Made by a program: the position numbers and the translations under genes. Shown here piece after piece: positions 59,526 through 64,000 of a stretch of 64,000 nucleotides of DNA (position 1 is its first letter; each line of letters begins with the position of its first letter). The notes beneath the pieces are model-generated. The model saw nothing but the letters and a program-made list of their open reading frames with translations, was not told where the DNA came from and made no database searches. The stretch comes from a bacterium (lineage in GTDB: Bacteria; UBA8248), in the NCBI GenBank assembly GCA_965203325.1, contig OZ241875.1, forward strand, positions 3,008,001 through 3,072,000, read 5' to 3'.

Positions 59526-60428
59526 CTAGGGATTCTCCAGCAGGGCCGGGTCGATGACCTTGAGCGCGTCTTCATCGGTCCAGGATTCGCGGTGAAAGGG
59601 ATTATCCGCGAAATCGCGGCCTTGATCCATCGGGCAGAGCGCGATGCAGGTGCTGCAAGGGTGCGGCGGGCTGTCGGTGTAGGAGAGGCCCTTGGCCGCC
59701 ATGATCATGGGCTTGCCCCGGAACAGTTCCTTGAAATGGGTGAGGGCCTTTTCCGGCGCGACCAGATCCGGCCGTATGACCATGCAGCGGTAGTGATCCA
59801 CCGTGCCGTCGCCGGGCAGCGCGTTCGCGGGGCAGGCTTCCACGCAGCGAAAGCCGCACTCACGGCAGAACTCAGGGATTTCGCCGAACTGGTTGGGCGG
59901 GTCGGGCTCGAGCTTCGCCTCGGTGAACACCGCGCCCAGGCGGACGCGGGAGCCGTACTCCTGCGTAATCAGGCAGTTGTTGGCGCCGATCTCGCCGAGA
60001 CCGGCCTTGACCGCCGCGAGCCGCAAATCGAAGGAGCCGTGGAGGAAGACCCTGGGTTCGGCGCCCTCTTCTTCCACGCGGAAGTTCGTAATGTCGCGCC
60101 CGCACGGGGTGGCGCCCGAGAGGAATCCTCTGTCTTCGAGATGAAGCGAGAGGCGGTAGCAGGCTTCGTTCAGGAAGTTCTCGGGGATGTATTCGCCGAA
60201 TTCCATCGCGCCGATGCTCGGGTACGGCGTGGCAGCGGCGAAGGGGACGCGCTTGGCGACCACGATTACGCTGTTCGCCATGTTGAAGAGGTCCCTGGGC
60301 CGGCGGCCCGGCTGCGCTTCCGCGAAATCCTCCGCCGATGCGACCCCCGCGAGGTCGGCGCCCAGCTCGCGGGCGAGGCGCTTTACCTCTTGCGTATCAA
60401 TGGGTTTTCGGGCCTCGGTTCGGTCCAT
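59526..60428 (-). CDS. QueG/reductive-dehalogenase-like 2x[4Fe-4S] protein, paralogue 1
   Basis: Same motifs; its stop lies 1 bp before the next start. Confidence 0.8.
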   Translation of the reverse strand: MDRTEARKPIDTQEVKRLARELGADLAGVASAEDFAEAQPGRRPRDLFNMANSVIVVAKRVPFAAATPYPSIGAMEFGEYIPENFLNEACYRLSLHLEDRGFLSGATPCGRDITNFRVEEEGAEPRVFLHGSFDLRLAAVKAGLGEIGANNCLITQEYGSRVRLGAVFTEAKLEPDPPNQFGEIPEFCRECGFRCVEACPANALPGDGTVDHYRCMVIRPDLVAPEKALTHFKELFRGKPMIMAAKGLSYTDSPPHPCSTCIALCPMDQGRDFADNPFHRESWTDEDALKVIDPALLENP

Positions 60429-61106
60429 GGGAACCCTCGGGTTTCCGGTGTCGGCTCCGTTCGGTGACCTGGAACGGCTCGTCCTCTCGCGGCATTTGCC
60501 TAACGCCTGAGTCTTCATACGAGAGGATGGATTGAATCTATCACAGCGGCGCGATGAGGCAAAATCGCATCATGCGGGCCGTTCGATGCGCTTTTGCGCG
60601 GAATGCGCGCATTTCCCCGCATTTGCGGTCATCGCGGGCGCGGCGGACCATGGCAGAATCCCCCTGCGCTTGGGTGTCCCGGGCGTCATATCCCCGGAAA
60701 ATAATTTTCAGGAATTTATCGAAAAACCTCGTGAATTTATCTAATTTTATCGCATTTTTCAGGAATTATTATTTGCATTTTGCGCCTTCCGCGTCTTGCC
60801 CGAGCGGCGGCCCGATTTCTGCGGGCAGCACCCCTACCGCCGCCTGAAAAACGAAGGCCGACGGATGGGCCTCTCCAGCATACCCCGTCGACGCGAAAGA
60901 CCCCCGGCGCCAAATGCGGGGAATTGCGGGGGTCGCCTCTTCGTTCACCGGAGCCACTCTCGCGCCCGACACGGACGTCGCGCGCCAGGGTGCGCGTCAA
61001 CTGACGCCGCATTGACACCGCTCCCACCGCGTGAAAGCATCGCGGAAAACATCACCAACCAAGCGGGCGCTCTTGCCGCCTCCCGCCTCTCGATAAGGAG
61101 AGAAAT

Positions 61107-61703
61107 ATGATTCGGCGTATCGCTCGGTGTGCGGCCGCGGCATGTCTCGCGGTTTTCGCGGCGCTCGCGTTCTTCTCGCATCATGCGCAAGGCATGGAAA
61201 AGCAAGTCGTCTTCATCAAGGCGTTTTATCCCCTGGATGAGCCGAGGTTTCACTGCATCGACATCCCCGGCCACCGCGACCGCGTGAGAACCACAGCCGC
61301 CCTCGTCGTGCATACCTGCAAGGAGGGCATCTGGAACCTCGATGGGCAGTTCGACCCCGCCGCCGTAAAGAAGGGCATGCTCCGGATGCCCGAATACGAT
61401 CTGTGCGTCGCGGCGGCCTCCCCGACCGACGGCGCGAAGCTCGTGCTCAAAAAGTGCGGCGGCGCGGCTCTCCAGAACTGGCGCTTCGAGAACTACCGCT
61501 TAAGCCTGAAAGCGCATCCCGACAAGTGCATCACCATCGGCACGGAACCCTCCCGCCTCACGCGGGGCGGGCGCAGGCTGCCGAGCCGCCACATGGCGCG
61601 CTCCCTGGCCCTCGGGACGTGCTCCGAGGATGCGCTCGAGAGACAGCTCTGGCGGCTGGAAAAACCCATGAAGCGCACCGGCTCCATCATGCCGTTCAAG
61701 TGA
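61107..61703 (+). CDS. Secreted protein with ricin-type beta-trefoil-like repeats
   Basis: AAGGAG RBS, signal peptide, C.D.......HTC, LCV....L..C....Q.W repeats. Confidence 0.7.
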   Translation: MIRRIARCAAAACLAVFAALAFFSHHAQGMEKQVVFIKAFYPLDEPRFHCIDIPGHRDRVRTTAALVVHTCKEGIWNLDGQFDPAAVKKGMLRMPEYDLCVAAASPTDGAKLVLKKCGGAALQNWRFENYRLSLKAHPDKCITIGTEPSRLTRGGRRLPSRHMARSLALGTCSEDALERQLWRLEKPMKRTGSIMPFK

Positions 61704-61770
61704 GGCGAGGCGCAGGGGCAGGCCCTCCTCGGGGCTGTCCTGCCCCCGCTCGCCTCCTCGCCTTGAAAAC

Positions 61771-61947
61771 CAACCCCCCCTACCCCCCCTTGACAGGGGG
61801 GTATGAAAAAGCAATGCCCCGACAGTGGGGGTGGTAAAAAGAAAAAGGCCTCCCGACAGGGGGGAGCAACAAAAAGACCCCCCTGTCAAGGGGGGGTAGG
61901 GGGGGTTGCCTTTGTCCCCTGCCAAGGGGAGCTTTTTCAACAATCCC
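61771..61947. repeat. G/C-tract hairpin repeats (CCCCCCTACCCCCCTTGACAGGGGGG family) ending in an IS1182-like TIR
   Basis: Reverse complement of 61880-61947 resembles 24416-24486; further copy at 63143-63176. Confidence 0.8.
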
Positions 61948-62013
61948 TGCCATATGACGCGAAGCTCATCATTCGTTTGGTTTTGCGATGTTACGACGAG
62001 GAGGACTCACGCC

Positions 62014-62973
62014 ATGCTTTTCCGCAAGAGCACGTCCATGAACAAACTGTCCGCTTTCGCCTTGGCGGCGCTCTTGGCGCTGGGTCCGGCCGGATGCGGC
62101 GGCGAGGGAGGCGTCGGCCCGACCACGGGCGCCCCGCCCGCCACAATGCCGAGCCAGCCGCAAGCCCCGAAAATCGAGCGGACTTCGATCGTCGTCGAGC
62201 CCCATCCCGTGTTCCCGGTAGGCGAGTGGCTCCCCAGGGAGGACGTATATCTCCCCACGCGGCCGGGCGTGCGGCAACGCCTTCTGCTCGCCGGGACGGG
62301 GAATGCAGGGAACAAGGCCGTCATCCTCTTCACGGGCGGCAACGGAACGCCGATTACGCTTGCGCGGCATGGGGGCACCCGCCTCACCGCCAATTCCCTG
62401 GTGAGAAGCTCGGCGCTCTTCGCCGAAGCGGGATTCATCACGGCGGTCGTCGAATTGCCCCTGGACAGTCCCGTGGACCGCAGCGTGAGCAACGCTTTCA
62501 GGCAATCGCCGATGCACCATACGGACATGCGCGCCGCCGTGGATTTTCTGGTGGACGAGGGCGCGCGTGAGGTGTACCTCATCGGCACGAGCCGGGGCAC
62601 GCTCTCCGTCGCGTACCTGGCGACCGTGATGGCGCACCCGAACGTCAAGGGCTACGTCCTCACGGCGACCTTGGCCGACAGGCCGCCGGCCGTCAGGTCT
62701 TACGCCACTCGAATTACGGACCCCGTCCTGATGGTGCATCACACGGACGACGGTTGCCATGTTACGAGGTACGCAGACGCGCAGGCCATATTCGAGGCCA
62801 TTCCGGTGGGCACGCGCAAGGGGTTCGTCTCCGTGAGCGGAGGGGACCCACCGAGGAGCCGTGCTTGTGGTGCGATGAGCGCCCATGGATTTTTGGGTGT
62901 TGAGCGCAAGACGGTGGCGGCCATCGTCGACTGGATGAACGGAAAGACGCCGCCCGCCCACGTGAGTCCGTAG
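62014..62973 (+). CDS. Alpha/beta-hydrolase-fold lipoprotein
   Basis: AGC lipobox-like site, GTSRG nucleophile elbow, HH.DDGC, HGF.G. Confidence 0.8.
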   Translation: MLFRKSTSMNKLSAFALAALLALGPAGCGGEGGVGPTTGAPPATMPSQPQAPKIERTSIVVEPHPVFPVGEWLPREDVYLPTRPGVRQRLLLAGTGNAGNKAVILFTGGNGTPITLARHGGTRLTANSLVRSSALFAEAGFITAVVELPLDSPVDRSVSNAFRQSPMHHTDMRAAVDFLVDEGAREVYLIGTSRGTLSVAYLATVMAHPNVKGYVLTATLADRPPAVRSYATRITDPVLMVHHTDDGCHVTRYADAQAIFEAIPVGTRKGFVSVSGGDPPRSRACGAMSAHGFLGVERKTVAAIVDWMNGKTPPAHVSP

Positions 62974-63176
62974 TAGGGACAGGCCCCCGTGCCTGTCCTG
63001 CCCCTGCTCGGGGCTGTCTTGGCCCTGTACAGAATTGAGGAACTACTCCCCCTTTGAGAGTCGAACCCTACCGATGGGGGAGTGATTGTTGGTTGCTCTG
63101 CAAGGGGGGAGTGATACCTTTCTCGTCGGGGTGTTGCTTCTTCATACCCCCCTGACAAGAGGGCGTAGGGGGGGTG
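62973..63176. repeat. Cluster of REP-like and G/C-tract repeats between convergent genes
   Basis: gtagggacaggcccccgtgcctgtcc, degenerate actccccc...gggggagt, catacccccctgacaagagggcgtaggggggg. Confidence 0.7.
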
Positions 63177-63215
63177 CTTCTTGAACTTCACGCGTATATC
63201 GAGGGCGACCCCTCC

Positions 63216-64000
63216 CTACCTCTTCTCCGCCGAGATGAGCCTCGCCTGCATGGGCACTGCGATGGTTCCATCGCGCTCGTACTCGCGCAGCATCCCGACC
63301 AGCGCTTCGCGTATCTTCTCCCTCGCTTCCGGCGTCTGGGAGGCGAGGCGCGAGGCCGTGCGCACGGTGGATTTCTCGAACACCTCGATGATGCGGGCCG
63401 GTTCTTCCGCCTGCATATAAAGGGTGAAGCCTGTGATCTCGGGCGCGGTGAAGCCCGCCGCCCCCATCACGCGTGCGCATTTTTCATCGTCTTCCAGGAA
63501 AGGCTCCGGCGGGCCGGCCACGAGGGGGACGTCCGGGTCGCCGTGCTCCTGGATGGCCCTCGCCATGAGCGACCGGTGGCCCGCGTCGTGCGTCCAGGCG
63601 GTGAAGGCGAGCTTTCCGCCCGATTTCAAGACGCGGGCCGTTTCGGCCAGCGCGACTTCGGGGTAGGGGAAGTGCAGGAAGCCGAAGTTGCTCGCCACGG
63701 CGTCGAAGCGTTCGTCTTCGAAGGGCATGTCCTCCGCGTCGCAGTGCCGGAACTCCGCCCCAGGCCAGCGGCGCGTCGCTTCGGCCAGCATGTCGTCGGC
63801 GAAATCCGCCCCCACCACCGTGCAGCCGCGCATGAGCGCCCCCGCCGAGACGACCCCCGTCCCGCAGGCGAGGTCGAGCAGGCGCGTCCCGAAGCGCGCG
63901 TCCACCGCATCAAGCAACAACCCGACCGCCTGCCCGGTGATGACGCCGAAGAGATCGTTGTATTCCCCCGCAGCGCCGTTCCAGCCCGCCCGCTCGAACT
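63216..64000 (-). CDS. Class I SAM-dependent methyltransferase, 5' end outside the window
   Basis: LLDLACGTG, DAE.MPF.D..FDAV, RVLK.GG. Confidence 0.88.
   Translation of the reverse strand, partial: FERAGWNGAAGEYNDLFGVITGQAVGLLLDAVDARFGTRLLDLACGTGVVSAGALMRGCTVVGADFADDMLAEATRRWPGAEFRHCDAEDMPFEDERFDAVASNFGFLHFPYPEVALAETARVLKSGGKLAFTAWTHDAGHRSLMARAIQEHGDPDVPLVAGPPEPFLEDDEKCARVMGAAGFTAPEITGFTLYMQAEEPARIIEVFEKSTVRTASRLASQTPEAREKIREALVGMLREYERDGTIAVPMQARLISAEKR

Noticed and set aside
60430..61100. Cobalamin riboswitch upstream of the QueG-like genes
   Set aside because: No B12-box or AGGGAA/GCCACTG core found on the minus strand

Overview
GC-rich bacterial chromosomal window. Core genes: yebC-ruvC-ruvA-ruvB, kdsD-like, polA, metallophosphoesterase-rnr-smpB-ssrA (one-piece tmRNA, tag ADNELALAA) and ppk1-ppx. 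A large catabolic/transport region (36-60 kb) has two TAXI-TRAP systems, a TctCBA transporter, acyl-CoA and hydroxyacyl-CoA dehydrogenases, a CoA-transferase and three tandem paralogue pairs (LCM-type methyltransferases, MBL-fold proteins, QueG/RdhA-like Fe-S proteins). An accessory island (about 14.5-21.4 kb) holds a LuxR regulator, an IS3 remnant, small secreted Cys-containing proteins, an inverse-autotransporter-like protein, two TbpB-like remnants and a hicB/deleted-hicA islet. Two IS1182 copies sit inside hairpin repeats of a larger element bounded by IS-like inverted repeats, and related non-coding elements recur across the window. Two integrase-free islets are each bracketed by a duplication of part of the neighbouring host gene (tmRNA; phosphoesterase 5' end). 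All calls come from reading motifs by eye; no database search or folding program was run, and the host taxon is not determined.
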